Source: Actinomycetota bacterium
Lineage (GTDB): Bacteria > Actinomycetota > Geothermincolia > Geothermincolales > RBG-13-55-18
NCBI GenBank assembly: GCA_014360645.1
Contig: JACIXD010000016.1
Location: forward strand, 12,395 to 76,394
Reading direction: 5' to 3'
DNA: 64,000 nucleotides
The notes below the pieces were generated by a model. It did not search any database and was not told where the DNA came from. It saw nothing but the letters and a program-made list of their open reading frames with translations. Each line of letters begins with the position of its first letter. The first letter of the stretch is position 1. A program made the position numbers and the translations under genes. This document shows positions 36,780 through 46,996 of the stretch, one piece after another.

Positions 36780-36894
36780 GGGGGCGGCCGTCAAGGTCCA
36801 TATTTCCCATGCAGCCACACGAGCGCCCGACCCCGGCATGGCCGACGGTGCCGCCACGGAGAGTCGCGGTGGCGGCGGATAAAGGAGGAATGCC

Positions 36895-38532
36895 ATGTCC
36901 CTGCCGGACAGGAACAACCCCTACAGCTTCAACCCCTACCTGGAGTGGCGCAGCAAGGTCGATTACTATGCCGACGACCCCTTCCTCCAGGCCATGGTGC
37001 GCGCCTTCGCGGGCGAGGAGGCGGAGGAGGTGGACCGCGAGGCGAGGGAGTTCTCCAGGAAGGCCTCCTTCCGCTGGCGCGACTTCGCCGAGCGCATCGC
37101 CGCGCCGGAGAGACGCCCGTACATGATGCACTACGACGGTCACAAGAACCGCATCGACCGCATCGTCAGGCCCTACGAGGTCGAGGTCATGGAGAAGGAG
37201 GTCTTCTCCGAGGCCCTCTTCTCCCCACGCACCTCGCCCTGGACACGCTTCATCAAGATCGCCCTCCTGAGCCAGAACTCCGAGGCCGGGATACTCTGCC
37301 CCGTAGCCTGCACCTGGGGGCTGGTGGCGCTGCTGGAGAAATACGCGGACACCCCGGAGACCCTGCGCATCCTGGAGCACGCCAGGGACGGCATCGACGG
37401 CGACTTCGCCATCGGGGCGCAGTTCGTGTCCGAGATCCAGGGCGGCTCCGACGTCCCCGCCAACCTCGTGGAGGCGGTGCAGGAGGAAGGAGGCTGGCGC
37501 CTTTACGGCAACAAGTTCTTCTGCTCCGCGGCCCACGCGGACTACGCCGTGGTCACGGCCAAGCCCCGGGGCTCGGAGAGGGTGGGGCTCTTCGTGGTCC
37601 CCATGTGGCTGCCCGGGGACAAGGAGCGGGAGAGGCGCAACGGCTACACCATCGACCGCCTGAAGTGGAAGCTGGGCACGGTGGAGCTGCCCACCGCCGA
37701 GATCACCTTCGACGGCGCCCTGGCCTATCCCACGGGGCCGCTGGACCGCGGCGTGGCCAACGTAGTGGGCATCGTGCTCACCCTCTCCCGCCTGGTGGTG
37801 GGCATCGGCATGAGCAGCGGCATGCTGCGGGGCCTGCGGGAATGCCGGAAATACGCCGAGTTCCGCACCGCCTTCGGGCTGCCCATCGCCTCCTTCCCCA
37901 TGGCGGCGTGGCAGCTGGAGAAGCACGAGCGCCTGGCCCGCCGCAGCGTGGCGGGATGCTGCAAGCTCTACCGCGACTTCATCGCCCTGCCGGGCGGCCT
38001 GGCGCCGGGCCTTACCACCGACGAGCCTCTGGAGATAAAGAGGAAGCGCTTCGACGTGCGGCAGCTGGTGATGCTGCAGAAGATCACCACCGCCGCGGAC
38101 GCCAACGACATGTCGCGCCTGGGCATCAGCGTCTTCGGCGGCCACGGCGTTATGGAGGATTTTTCCAGCATCCCGCGCATGCTGCGGGACGGCCTGGTCA
38201 ACGAGCTCTGGGAGGGGCCGCGCAACGTGCTCCTCACCCAGATGCACCGCGATTTCCAGAGGGTGGCGGAGTGGTATCCCGCCTCCGAATGCGTGGCGAG
38301 CATCCTGCGGGGCGCCGACCCCGAGGTGATCAGAGGATTCGCCGCGGAGATAGAGGAGCTGCTCTCCATCCCGCATCTCTTCGAGATGAACCCCAGGACG
38401 CTGGAGATCTGCGAGCGCTGGGACGATTTCTGCGCCCGCTTCTTCCACGCCTACCAGGATCTGGCCTTGGCGGAGGCGGAGGCGGGGCCGCGGCGGGAAG
38501 AAAAGAGGATAGAGGAACTGGCGAGAAGATAA
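36895..38532 (+). CDS. Acyl-CoA dehydrogenase, long AidB-like form
   Basis: 545 aa with all three acyl-CoA dehydrogenase domains and a C-terminal extension. RBS AAAGGAGGAA is present. Confidence 0.8.
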   Translation: MSLPDRNNPYSFNPYLEWRSKVDYYADDPFLQAMVRAFAGEEAEEVDREAREFSRKASFRWRDFAERIAAPERRPYMMHYDGHKNRIDRIVRPYEVEVMEKEVFSEALFSPRTSPWTRFIKIALLSQNSEAGILCPVACTWGLVALLEKYADTPETLRILEHARDGIDGDFAIGAQFVSEIQGGSDVPANLVEAVQEEGGWRLYGNKFFCSAAHADYAVVTAKPRGSERVGLFVVPMWLPGDKERERRNGYTIDRLKWKLGTVELPTAEITFDGALAYPTGPLDRGVANVVGIVLTLSRLVVGIGMSSGMLRGLRECRKYAEFRTAFGLPIASFPMAAWQLEKHERLARRSVAGCCKLYRDFIALPGGLAPGLTTDEPLEIKRKRFDVRQLVMLQKITTAADANDMSRLGISVFGGHGVMEDFSSIPRMLRDGLVNELWEGPRNVLLTQMHRDFQRVAEWYPASECVASILRGADPEVIRGFAAEIEELLSIPHLFEMNPRTLEICERWDDFCARFFHAYQDLALAEAEAGPRREEKRIEELARR

Positions 38533-38552
38533 GGGCCGGCGAGAAGCGGGAG

Positions 38553-39032
38553 GGGATGCCGATGGGCGGCAAGGGTGGCGGGAGGAAGGCTCGCCCCAAA
38601 ACGACCATCTCCGAGCTGGCGGGGGAGTTCGGCATCACCCCGCGCACCATCCGCTACTACGAGGAGGTGGGCCTGCTCTCCCCCCACCGCGACACCCCCA
38701 CCAGCCAGAGGCTCTACGACGACCGCGACCGGGCGCGCTTGAAGCTCATCCTGCGCGGCAAGCGCTTCGGCTATTCCCTCGCCGAGATCAAGGACATCCT
38801 CGAGCTCTACGACGTGGACCCCACCCAGAGGAAGCAGATCATGCGCACCCTGGAATACGGGCTGCGGCATATCCGCGAGCTGGACGAGAGGATCGAGGAG
38901 CTGCGGGAGATACGCGGGGAGATGCTGGAGTTCGCCGCCGGCTTCCTGCGCATCCTGGAGGAGCGCGGGGAGGACGGGGAGTTCGTGAGCCGTGCCCGCG
39001 AGATCGTGGAGGCGATGGATAGAGGGGACTGA
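38553..39032 (+). CDS. MerR family transcriptional regulator (LiuR-like context)
   Basis: HTH motif ISELAGEFGITPRTIRYYEEVGLL plus a coiled-coil. RBS GGGAGGGG is present. Confidence 0.8.
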   Translation, partial: GMPMGGKGGGRKARPKTTISELAGEFGITPRTIRYYEEVGLLSPHRDTPTSQRLYDDRDRARLKLILRGKRFGYSLAEIKDILELYDVDPTQRKQIMRTLEYGLRHIRELDERIEELREIRGEMLEFAAGFLRILEERGEDGEFVSRAREIVEAMDRGD

Positions 39033-39084
39033 AGGCGGCGGGCGGGGCGGGATGCCCGACGAGACGGGGCAGAGGAGGAGAAAG

Positions 39085-40320
39085 ATGTTCGATTTCATCA
39101 TGAGCGAGGAGCAGAAGTCCCTGCAGCAGGAGGTGCGCGACCTGGTGAGCTGGGTCCCGCGCCAGCTCATCCTGGACATGGACGCGATGATCGCGCCCTT
39201 TCCCAGGTTCTTCCTGGAAGAGGCCGGAAAGCGCAACCTCCTCGGGTTGCGCTTCCCGCCCGCGTACGGGGGGCGGGGCCTGAAATGGGAGGACGAGATA
39301 ATCGCCATCTCCGAGATGTCCCTGGTGGGGGTGCCGCTCACCTGCCTCTACTCCCTGGTGAGCATCGTGGGCGAGTGCATCGTGCAGTTCGGCAACGAGG
39401 ACCAGAAGCAGCGCTTCCTAGTGCCCACCCTTAAAGGGGAGAAGGTGTGCGCCGAGGCCCTCACCGAGCCCCGCGGCGGCTCCGACTTCTTCGGCGCCAC
39501 CTGCACCGCACGCCGCGAGGGAGACCATTACGTGCTGCACGGCCAGAAGCGCTTCATCGTGGGGGCGGAGGGCGCCGACTATTTCATGGTCTACGCGCGC
39601 ACGGATCCCGACGCCCCGCCGCGCGACGGACTCTCCTGCTTCCTGGTGGAGCGCGACGACAGCGTGGAGGTGAAGACGGTCTACGGGCTCATGGGAGCGC
39701 GGGGGAGCGGCACCGGCAGGGTGCTCTTCCGCGACACCCGGGTGCCGGCGGAGAACCTGGTGGGGGAGGAGAACGGCGCCTCCCATATCTTCTACCGCAT
39801 GATGGTCCCCGAGCGCATGACCTCGGCGGCGGGCTGCGTGGGGGCGGCGCGGGAGGCCATCGAGCTGGCGGCCCGCTACACCACGCGGCGCAAGGCCTTC
39901 GGGGTGCAGATAAAGAACTTCCAGGCGGTCTCCTTCATGATCGCCGAGAGCCTGGTCAAGCTGGACTCCATGGCCAGCCTCATCTGGATGACCGCCCGGG
40001 CCATCGACTCCGGGGTGTCCCACGGGCGCATGCGCCGCATGGTCTCGGAGTCCAAGAAGTACGCCACCGAGGCGGTGTGGGACATCGTCTACAACGCCAT
40101 GCAGGCCATGGGGGGCATCGCCTACACCAACGTCTATCCCATCGAGAGGATGCTCCGGGACAGCCGCCTGCTCTCCATCTGGACGGGCACCAACGAGATC
40201 ATGAACCTCATCATCCAGCACGAGTTCTACAAGGAGCTGGAGGAGAAGGTGAGGGGGAAGCGCGACGTGGAGCTGGACGCCCCCGAGGCCTTCAACGAGG
40301 AGGAGAAGATCTACGAGTAG
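39085..40320 (+). CDS. Acyl-CoA dehydrogenase (short/medium-chain type)
   Basis: Motifs …ALTEPRGGSDF…, …GQKRFI… and …YPIERMLRDSRLLSIWTGTNEI. RBS AGGAGGAG is present. Confidence 0.85.
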   Translation: MFDFIMSEEQKSLQQEVRDLVSWVPRQLILDMDAMIAPFPRFFLEEAGKRNLLGLRFPPAYGGRGLKWEDEIIAISEMSLVGVPLTCLYSLVSIVGECIVQFGNEDQKQRFLVPTLKGEKVCAEALTEPRGGSDFFGATCTARREGDHYVLHGQKRFIVGAEGADYFMVYARTDPDAPPRDGLSCFLVERDDSVEVKTVYGLMGARGSGTGRVLFRDTRVPAENLVGEENGASHIFYRMMVPERMTSAAGCVGAAREAIELAARYTTRRKAFGVQIKNFQAVSFMIAESLVKLDSMASLIWMTARAIDSGVSHGRMRRMVSESKKYATEAVWDIVYNAMQAMGGIAYTNVYPIERMLRDSRLLSIWTGTNEIMNLIIQHEFYKELEEKVRGKRDVELDAPEAFNEEEKIYE

Positions 40321-40349
40321 CGGGCGGCGAGTACGGCCGCGCGCCGCCG

Positions 40350-40961
40350 TCAGGGCCGCGGCGCGAGGGAGGCGAGGAAGGGGCGCATGAGGACGGAGAC
40401 GGCTTCCTCGCCCCGGGGGATTAGCCAGTCCTCCTCGTAGGCGAGCATGTACACGAGGAAGAAGTAGATGAGCACCAGGATCCAGGAGACGAAGGAGGTG
40501 TCCAGGGCGGGGTCGAGGGTGCCCTCCTCGATGCCCGCCTGCATGAGCTTCTCGATCTCCTCCGCGCGCTCCGCGAGCAGGCCCTCGATGTTCTCCTGGA
40601 ACCCCCGCGTGGCCGCCTCGGAGATGGTGTTCACCACCACGCGCAGCATGTCCGGGTTTTCCACGCTGAAGCGGAAGTGGCTGCGCATGAGGGCGTCCGC
40701 CAGCTGGTTGAAATTGGAGGCTTCCGGGAGCTCCTTCCAGAGGTGGTCCACGATGGACCCGTACACCTCGTTGCGGACGGCGTAGAAGAGCTCGCGCTTG
40801 CCTGGGAAATAACGGTAGATGGCGCGCTTGGTGATGCCCGCCTCCCTGGCGATGTCGTTCATGGAGGCGCCGTCGTAGTTCTTGGCCGCGAAGGCCTTGA
40901 TGGCGGCGGCGATGATCTGCTGCCTGCGGGCTCCCCCCGACCTGCGTGTCCTCTCCGCCAT
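40350..40961 (-). CDS. TetR/AcrR family regulator
   Basis: N-terminal HTH motif …YDGASMNDIAREAGITKRAIYRYF. Confidence 0.85.
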   Translation of the reverse strand: MAERTRRSGGARRQQIIAAAIKAFAAKNYDGASMNDIAREAGITKRAIYRYFPGKRELFYAVRNEVYGSIVDHLWKELPEASNFNQLADALMRSHFRFSVENPDMLRVVVNTISEAATRGFQENIEGLLAERAEEIEKLMQAGIEEGTLDPALDTSFVSWILVLIYFFLVYMLAYEEDWLIPRGEEAVSVLMRPFLASLAPRP

Positions 40962-40965
40962 CTCC

Positions 40966-41580
40966 TCACCCCCTTCGCTCCGCCGCCCCGGCCGTCGCCA
41001 GCAGCCGGTCGATGAGGTCCAGGTATTCGGCCTTGTCTCGGAAGGGCACCTCCAGGCCGAGGGCGTTGGCGATATAGACGATCTCCACCAGGGAGATGAA
41101 GCTCCAGGCGAAGTCGGCCACCTCGAGGTCTTTTCTCACCGCCCCCTGGCGCTGTGCCTCCTCGAGCATGTAGGACACGGCGTTGTGCAGGCGGTGCAGG
41201 CGCTGCACTGGCGACCTGCGCAGGCCTCCCGAGCCCAGCTCGGGTATGGAGTAATAATAGGCGCGCATCTTACTGCGGTGGCGGACGGTGTAGTCGAAGA
41301 TGGCCTCGGCCGCTTCCCGCAGGCCCTCCAGGGGGGTGCTCCTCTTCAGCACCCGCTTGGTCACATACTTGGAGATGTCCTCCACCGTGGCGTTGCGCAT
41401 GCTCTCCACCAGGTCGGCCTTGTCCCGGAAATGCTGGTAGAGCACGGGCTCGGTGATGCCCGCCTCCGCGGCGATGTCCGCGGTGGTGCAGCTGTAGTAG
41501 CCCCGGCGCGCGAGGCATCTCTCGGCCGCCTTGATGATGCTCTGCTTCCTCTTGTCGGCAGGCAGCCTCTTTCTTCTCAT
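40966..41580 (-). CDS. TetR/AcrR family regulator
   Basis: HTH motif …YSCTTADIAAEAGITEPVLYQHF. Confidence 0.85.
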   Translation of the reverse strand: MRRKRLPADKRKQSIIKAAERCLARRGYYSCTTADIAAEAGITEPVLYQHFRDKADLVESMRNATVEDISKYVTKRVLKRSTPLEGLREAAEAIFDYTVRHRSKMRAYYYSIPELGSGGLRRSPVQRLHRLHNAVSYMLEEAQRQGAVRKDLEVADFAWSFISLVEIVYIANALGLEVPFRDKAEYLDLIDRLLATAGAAERRG

Positions 41581-42062
41581 CTCCCTCGACCTTCGTATCG
41601 ACGCAGCGGTCCCGCGACCGGGCCTCCAGGCCGCTCCCGTTTCGGGACGCCGCGCTTGAGAAAGGCTTCCGCTCCGGCATATAATACCACATCCGAAAGC
41701 CGTTTTCTCGTGGCATGGAATCCCGGAATATCGTTTTCACGGGAGTATATGCGGCAATCTTAGATTAGGGACCGTTTCCTTGCGTTGGGCCAGGGGGGAC
41801 GCCTTCCTCGCCCGCGGGAGGAACGCCGCTCTCGCCATCCCCTGCGCGCCTTTCCCTGGATCTGGCCCGCAGCCAGGCCTTGACGGCGCGCTTCTTGTCC
41901 TCGGGGTCGTCGAGGTCGAAGAGCTCCCCGTCTATCTCCACGCGTCTGCCTTCCAATACCCCACCCTGTCGGCATACGAAAATGGACTGTTTTATCCAGT
42001 TATTCGGAAGCTGCCGATGCTTTCTTGAACCGCGCCTGGCGGGATCGCTCCCGGCCGGGTGG

Positions 42063-42611
42063 TCAGGAACGTCCGGGGGGGAGCCCGAAGCGCTCCTGGG
42101 ACCTTGCCAGCAGCTTCACCACCGCGGGGTACATGCGCAGCTTGATTCCCAGCAGGCTGGTCTGTATGAACTCGAGGATGACCCCCACCGATTCCCGGGT
42201 GTCCAGGTACGCATAGTCGATGCGCATGCCAAGGCGCTTGAAGGTGCCCTCCTGCAGGATCTCGATACCCGCCTCGCGGCAGGCCCGCACCCGCTCCTCG
42301 AGGTCGCTCACCTCGAAAGCCAGGTGGTGCAGGCCTTCTTCGCGCCCGCCCAGGGTGTCAAGGTACACGTTGGGGCCCTCCAGCACCTGGATCAGCTCAA
42401 GCTGGACCTTGCCTGAGAAGGCCACGCCGATCTTGGACTTGAGCTTGGCCTTGCAGCCCTGGTACTCGCATCGCCTGGCCTTCATGGTCTGTACCAGCCA
42501 GGGCCCGATGCCGAACACCTCCTGGTAGCGGGCGATGGTCCTGTCCATGTCCTTGACGTAGATGCCTACCTGGGAGAGGCGAGGCATGCGCAGGCGGTCT
42601 CCCCTGGACAT
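42063..42611 (-). CDS. VOC (glyoxalase/bleomycin-resistance/dioxygenase) family protein
   Basis: Two β-α-β-β-β modules (…LSQVGIYVKDMDRTI…, HHLAFEVSDLEE…). The ATG at 42611 has an upstream SD; the annotated upstream extension is unlikely to be coding. Confidence 0.65.
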   Translation of the reverse strand: MSRGDRLRMPRLSQVGIYVKDMDRTIARYQEVFGIGPWLVQTMKARRCEYQGCKAKLKSKIGVAFSGKVQLELIQVLEGPNVYLDTLGGREEGLHHLAFEVSDLEERVRACREAGIEILQEGTFKRLGMRIDYAYLDTRESVGVILEFIQTSLLGIKLRMYPAVVKLLARSQERFGLPPGRS

Positions 42612-42627
42612 CGTGATCCCCCTTTCC

Positions 42628-43254
42628 TCACGAAGCTGTCCGGGCCGGGAGCCGGGAGAGGATGGCGGAGATGGCATCCACCAGGCTCTGTTCGTACTTC
42701 TCCGGCGGGCGGTCCTTGTTGTTCATCCAGTAGGTGACCGTGGACTCCACCATCCCGATGAGGATCACCGCCAGCACGTCGATGTCCTCCCTGGATACCC
42801 TGGCGGTGTCGGTGTAGGAGGCCACCACCCCAGAGACGACCTCGATGATGCTCTTGCGTATCTGGATCACGCGCTCCCTGGCTTTTGCGTCCACGTTGAG
42901 GTCGGTGTCGTAGATGAGGCGGAAGGCCGCCTCCGACCTGGTGACGAACTCGAAATAGGCGTGTACGCTGTGGCGGATGGAGGTGCGCCAGTCCATCTCC
43001 GACGGGTTGGGAAGGAGGAGGGAGGAACGCAGCTCATCTCCCGCGTTGTCGATGATGGCCAGCAGGAGGTCGAGCTTGCTGGAGAAATGGCGGTAGAGGA
43101 TGGGCTTGGTGACCTCGGCCCGCTCCGCTATGGTGTCCATGAGGGCTCCGTGATAGCCGAACTCTACGAAAGCGCTCAGGGCGGCGTCCAGGATCACCTT
43201 CCGGCGTTCCGCGGCCGGCAGGCGCCGCTTGCGATTCTCATCCGCTTCCTTCAT
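42628..43254 (-). CDS. TetR/AcrR family regulator
   Basis: HTH motif …YHGALMDTIAERAEVTKPILYRHF. RBS GGGGTGA precedes the ATG at 43254. Confidence 0.8.
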   Translation of the reverse strand: MKEADENRKRRLPAAERRKVILDAALSAFVEFGYHGALMDTIAERAEVTKPILYRHFSSKLDLLLAIIDNAGDELRSSLLLPNPSEMDWRTSIRHSVHAYFEFVTRSEAAFRLIYDTDLNVDAKARERVIQIRKSIIEVVSGVVASYTDTARVSREDIDVLAVILIGMVESTVTYWMNNKDRPPEKYEQSLVDAISAILSRLPARTAS

Positions 43255-43384
43255 CTCATCACCCCGCAACATATTAGCATCAAAGACTCCGCGCCGAGAA
43301 GTGCGCGAGCGATGCGAGCAGGCTCGATGCCGGATGCTCTCCTTTTGTCTGGAAGGCGGTCCCGCGTCCGTTTCCGCGTAAAGA

Positions 43385-45577
43385 TCATCGAGAGGCCGCG
43401 GGGATGGTGAAGAAGAAGGTTGTGCCCTTTCCGGGCTCCGATTCCACCCAGAGTCGCCCGCCCCAGCTCTCCACCGCCCTGGCGGACATGGCCAGCCCGA
43501 TGCCCAGGCCAGGCGCCGGGGTCGATCCCCGCCGGTAAGGGAGGAACAACTCCTCCTGGAGCTCGGGCGGGATGCCGGGCCCGTCGTCGCGGACGAAGAC
43601 CACCGTCTCGCCGTCTCCCCGCATGGAGCCGGCCTCCACGCTGGGGTCATGGGGACCCAGGTGATGCTTGAGGGCGTTGTCGAGGAGGTTTGCCATGCAC
43701 CTGCGCAGAAGCTCGGGATCGGCAAAGGCCTCGCGCACCCGGAAGGACATCTCCAGGCGGGGGTGAAGCCCGGGGAAAGAGGGGAGGAGCTCCTCCCAGA
43801 GCTCCCGCGTCATCGCCTCGAGGTCCACGCTTTCCTCGCCGCGGCCTCCGAGGTCCCGGCGTGCGAGATCCAGCAGGGAGCCTATGAGGCGCTCCATGTT
43901 CTCGCAGGCCGCGGAGCAGCGGTCCAGGCATTCGGCCTCCTCCGCGTCCAGCTTCCCCGCCGCCGACTCGCGCAGCAGATGGAGGTAACCGCCCATGCTG
44001 GTTAGGGGGGCACGGAGCTCATGGGAGAGAGTATGGGCGAACGTCTCCAGCTCCACGTTGCGGCGCCGCAGCTCGGCCTCCAGCTCCATGCGGGGGGTGA
44101 TGTCGATGTCCATGCAGAAGGCCTCAACGCTCCTGCCCTCCACCACCAGGGGGAAGAGGGTGGAGAGCACCCACCGCACGTTGCCCGCGCGGTCGCGGGT
44201 ATGCCACTCCCGGGGGGAGGAGGGACGCGACTCCCGCCATACCTCGGAGAGGAGCGCCCTGAACTCCGAAGCTCCCTCCTGGTCGAGGATGAGCTGATCC
44301 AGGGTCTTGCCCAGCGCCTCCTGCCGCGAAAACCCGTAGAGCTCCTCGGAGGCGCGGTTCCAGTAGGTGACGCGCCCTTCGGCGTCATATCCCTGCACCG
44401 CGACCAGGGGTGCCTGGTCGATGGCGAGCTTGAAGCGTGTGTCCGCCTCCTCGGCGATGCGCTTATCCACCTCGCTTTCGCCCTGTCCGGGCAGTTCCGT
44501 GACCAGCCCCAGCATCAGCCTGCGCTCCCCGAGGTCCACCGGGGTGCCGGTTACCGCGCATCGCTTGAGGGTGCCGTCCTTGCACCTGCCGGTGCCCACG
44601 AAGCCCTCGAACTCCCCGCGGCGGAGCTTCTCCAGCTCGCTCTCCGAGAGCTGCCGCTCCTCGGGGACGTGCAGGTCCTGCACGTACATGGAGCGCAGCT
44701 CCTCGAGGCTGTAGCCGGTGAGGCGGGAGGCGGCGGGGTTGGCCTCCAGGATGCGGCCGTCGAGCTCGCTCAGGATGATGGCCTCGTTGGCATGCTCGAA
44801 GACGAGGCGGAAGAACTCCTCCGCCTCGCGCTCCCTGGTCACGTCCCGCATCACCGCCAGGGTGGCGATGCCCTGGGAGTCCTCGATGACCGAGGCGGTG
44901 AGCTCTAGGGTTATCTCCCGCCCGTCCCTGCGCCTGACCCAGATGTCGTAGGTCTCCGGGATGCTCTCGCCCGCCCGCCGCCGTCGGTAGCGTTCCGCGA
45001 TGATGTCGCGGGAGGCCGGGGAGGCGAAGTCCAGGAAGGGACGGGAGGTCAGCTCCTCCTCGTCGTAGCCGAGGATCTCGCACAGCTTGGGGTTCACGTA
45101 CACGAAACGGTCGCCGCGCGCCAGGGCCAGGCCAGCGTTCATATGTTCCACCAGGTGACGGTAGCGCCCCTCGGCCTCCTCCCAGCCGCGCTGCGCCCGG
45201 TGTGCCTCCCACTGCTTACGCAGGGTCATGGCCATGCGCTTGAACTGCAGGGAACCCGAGCGCTTGATGAAGTAATCGTTGGCCCCCTCGTGCAGGGCAT
45301 GGGAGGCCACCTCCTCGTTCCCCTGCCCGGTGAGGAAGATGAAGGGTATGGCGGGGTCGCGCCGGCGCACCTCCCGCAGCAGGGCGAGGCCGTCCATGCC
45401 CCCGCCCAGTGCGTAGTCGCTGAGCACCAGGTCTATATGTTCCTCCGCCATGATACGTAGCGCCTCCTCGGCGCTCGCGGCGCCCAGCACCTCCAGCTCG
45501 GGGTCCTGCATGGCCAGGCCCCGCCGGATGAGCAGGGCGTGGTCCTGGTTGTCCTCCACGTGCAGAATGCGGATCAT
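43385..45577 (-). CDS. Hybrid sensor histidine kinase: N-terminal receiver, three PAS domains, then HisKA and HATPase
   Basis: Receiver D-box …DLVLSDYALGG. HisKA motif …HELRAPLTS. HATPase motif …DDGPGIPPE…GLGIGL. Confidence 0.85.
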   Translation of the reverse strand: MIRILHVEDNQDHALLIRRGLAMQDPELEVLGAASAEEALRIMAEEHIDLVLSDYALGGGMDGLALLREVRRRDPAIPFIFLTGQGNEEVASHALHEGANDYFIKRSGSLQFKRMAMTLRKQWEAHRAQRGWEEAEGRYRHLVEHMNAGLALARGDRFVYVNPKLCEILGYDEEELTSRPFLDFASPASRDIIAERYRRRRAGESIPETYDIWVRRRDGREITLELTASVIEDSQGIATLAVMRDVTREREAEEFFRLVFEHANEAIILSELDGRILEANPAASRLTGYSLEELRSMYVQDLHVPEERQLSESELEKLRRGEFEGFVGTGRCKDGTLKRCAVTGTPVDLGERRLMLGLVTELPGQGESEVDKRIAEEADTRFKLAIDQAPLVAVQGYDAEGRVTYWNRASEELYGFSRQEALGKTLDQLILDQEGASEFRALLSEVWRESRPSSPREWHTRDRAGNVRWVLSTLFPLVVEGRSVEAFCMDIDITPRMELEAELRRRNVELETFAHTLSHELRAPLTSMGGYLHLLRESAAGKLDAEEAECLDRCSAACENMERLIGSLLDLARRDLGGRGEESVDLEAMTRELWEELLPSFPGLHPRLEMSFRVREAFADPELLRRCMANLLDNALKHHLGPHDPSVEAGSMRGDGETVVFVRDDGPGIPPELQEELFLPYRRGSTPAPGLGIGLAMSARAVESWGGRLWVESEPGKGTTFFFTIPAASR

Positions 45578-45865
45578 CTCCGTCCTTTTTCCGTTTGCCG
45601 TATGGAATCTCAGCCGCGGGCTGCGACGGGTTGATGCGGCGCGCCGTCTTCCCGCGGCGGCAGCGGACCTCCTCACGGATGTTTACCCCTTGCTTTACAC
45701 ATTATAGCGCTACGGGCGCGTTTTGGCGCTCTTTAGGCGCGGGAGGCGGCGGGCTCGGTGGGCCGGCTGCCTCGCCGTATCCGCGGAGTCGTGGGGCGGG
45801 CGTGCCCTTTCTCGCCGGCCCGCGTGGCCGGGCGGTGGGGTCACGAGGGCGGAGCGCCCCGTGGG

Positions 45866-45873
45866 GTTTATAA
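45866..45873 (+). promoter_or_regulatory. -10 box TATAAT lying 8 nt upstream of the rnd ATG (leaderless transcript)
   Basis: TTTATAATAGGCGC-ATG. No SD is present. Confidence 0.35.
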
Positions 45874-45880
45874 TAGGCGC

Positions 45881-46996
45881 ATGACGGATTTCAGGTACGT
45901 GGACGACCCGGCCGCGCTGGAGGATGCCGTGGAGCGGCTGCGCGGCTGCCGCAGCATCTCCGTGGACCTCGAATCCGACAGCTACCACCATTATGCCGAG
46001 AAGATAGCCCTGGTTCAGGTGTGCGGCGGAGGGGAGATCTTCATCCTGGATCCCCTGCGCGTGGACCTCGCTCCCCTGGCGGACCTGCTGGCGGAGAGGG
46101 GTATCGAGAAGGTCTTTCACGACGTCGACTATGACGGACGCATGCTCCTGACCTACTTGGGGGTGAAGCCGGCTCCCGTCTTCGACACCATGATCGCGGC
46201 GCGGGTCCTGGGGAAAGAGAGGATCGGGCTGGCCGACCTGCTGGCGGAGTATTTCGGCCTGGCCATGGACAAGAGGTTCCAGAAGGCGGACTGGTCCCGG
46301 CGTCCTCTCGGCGTGGGGATGCTGGAATACGCCGCCCTCGACGTTGCCTACCTGGCTTCCCTCCGTGACCGACTCCACGACGAGCTGGTAGGGTGCAGAA
46401 GGGAAGCATGGGCGCGGGAGGAGTTCGAGCGGGCGGTGGAGGGCCTGGAGCCCATGCCCGAGCGCACCGTCGACCTGCGGCGGGTGAAGGGCGCGAGGGA
46501 ACTCTCGCCCCGCCAGCTCGCCGTGCTGCGCGAGCTGATGCGCTGGCGAGAGGAGCGCGCGCGGGAGAGCGACGTCCCCACCTTCAAGATCGTGGGCAAC
46601 GACAGGCTCCTGAAGGTAGCGCAGGCGTGCCCACGCGACCGCGGCCAGCTTGCTGCCTCGGGAGCCCTCTCCGAGAGGCAGATCGCGCGGTTCGGGCCGG
46701 AGATCCTCAAGGCGGTGGGAAGGGGGATGCGGGCGCCTCGCGAGGACCTGCCCTCTATGCCCGTCCCCGTACATCAGAGGCGCGACCTGGCGGCGGAGAA
46801 GATCCTGCGAGAGCTGAAGGCTGCACGCGACCGCAAGGCTGCCGAGCTGGGCATGGACCCCGGCTTCCTCCTCCCTAACGCCGTCTTGAAGGCCGTGGCC
46901 CGCCTCAAGCCCTCCGGAACCGCCGAGCTCGAGGAGAGCGGCCTGCTGAAGGGTTGGCGGCTGAAGATCATGAAGGATATACTCACCAGCGGATGA
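45881..46996 (+). CDS. rnd: Ribonuclease D (DEDDy 3'-5' exonuclease plus HRDC domain)
   Basis: Exonuclease motifs DLESDSYHHY, …FHDVDYD… and …YAALDVAYL, with a C-terminal HRDC domain. Confidence 0.8.
   Translation: MTDFRYVDDPAALEDAVERLRGCRSISVDLESDSYHHYAEKIALVQVCGGGEIFILDPLRVDLAPLADLLAERGIEKVFHDVDYDGRMLLTYLGVKPAPVFDTMIAARVLGKERIGLADLLAEYFGLAMDKRFQKADWSRRPLGVGMLEYAALDVAYLASLRDRLHDELVGCRREAWAREEFERAVEGLEPMPERTVDLRRVKGARELSPRQLAVLRELMRWREERARESDVPTFKIVGNDRLLKVAQACPRDRGQLAASGALSERQIARFGPEILKAVGRGMRAPREDLPSMPVPVHQRRDLAAEKILRELKAARDRKAAELGMDPGFLLPNAVLKAVARLKPSGTAELEESGLLKGWRLKIMKDILTSG

Noticed and set aside
36945-38552. N-terminal 535 aa of the 695-aa ORF 36945..39032
   Set aside because: This is an alternate frame running through the acyl-CoA dehydrogenase gene. 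Only the C-terminal 159 aa, from the ATG at 38553 with an RBS, form the MerR regulator.
41765-41956. 63-aa minus-strand ORF between the TetR and VOC genes
   Set aside because: TTG start with a weak SD and a low-complexity Pro/Gly/Glu-rich C-terminus. It may be real, but it is unsupported.
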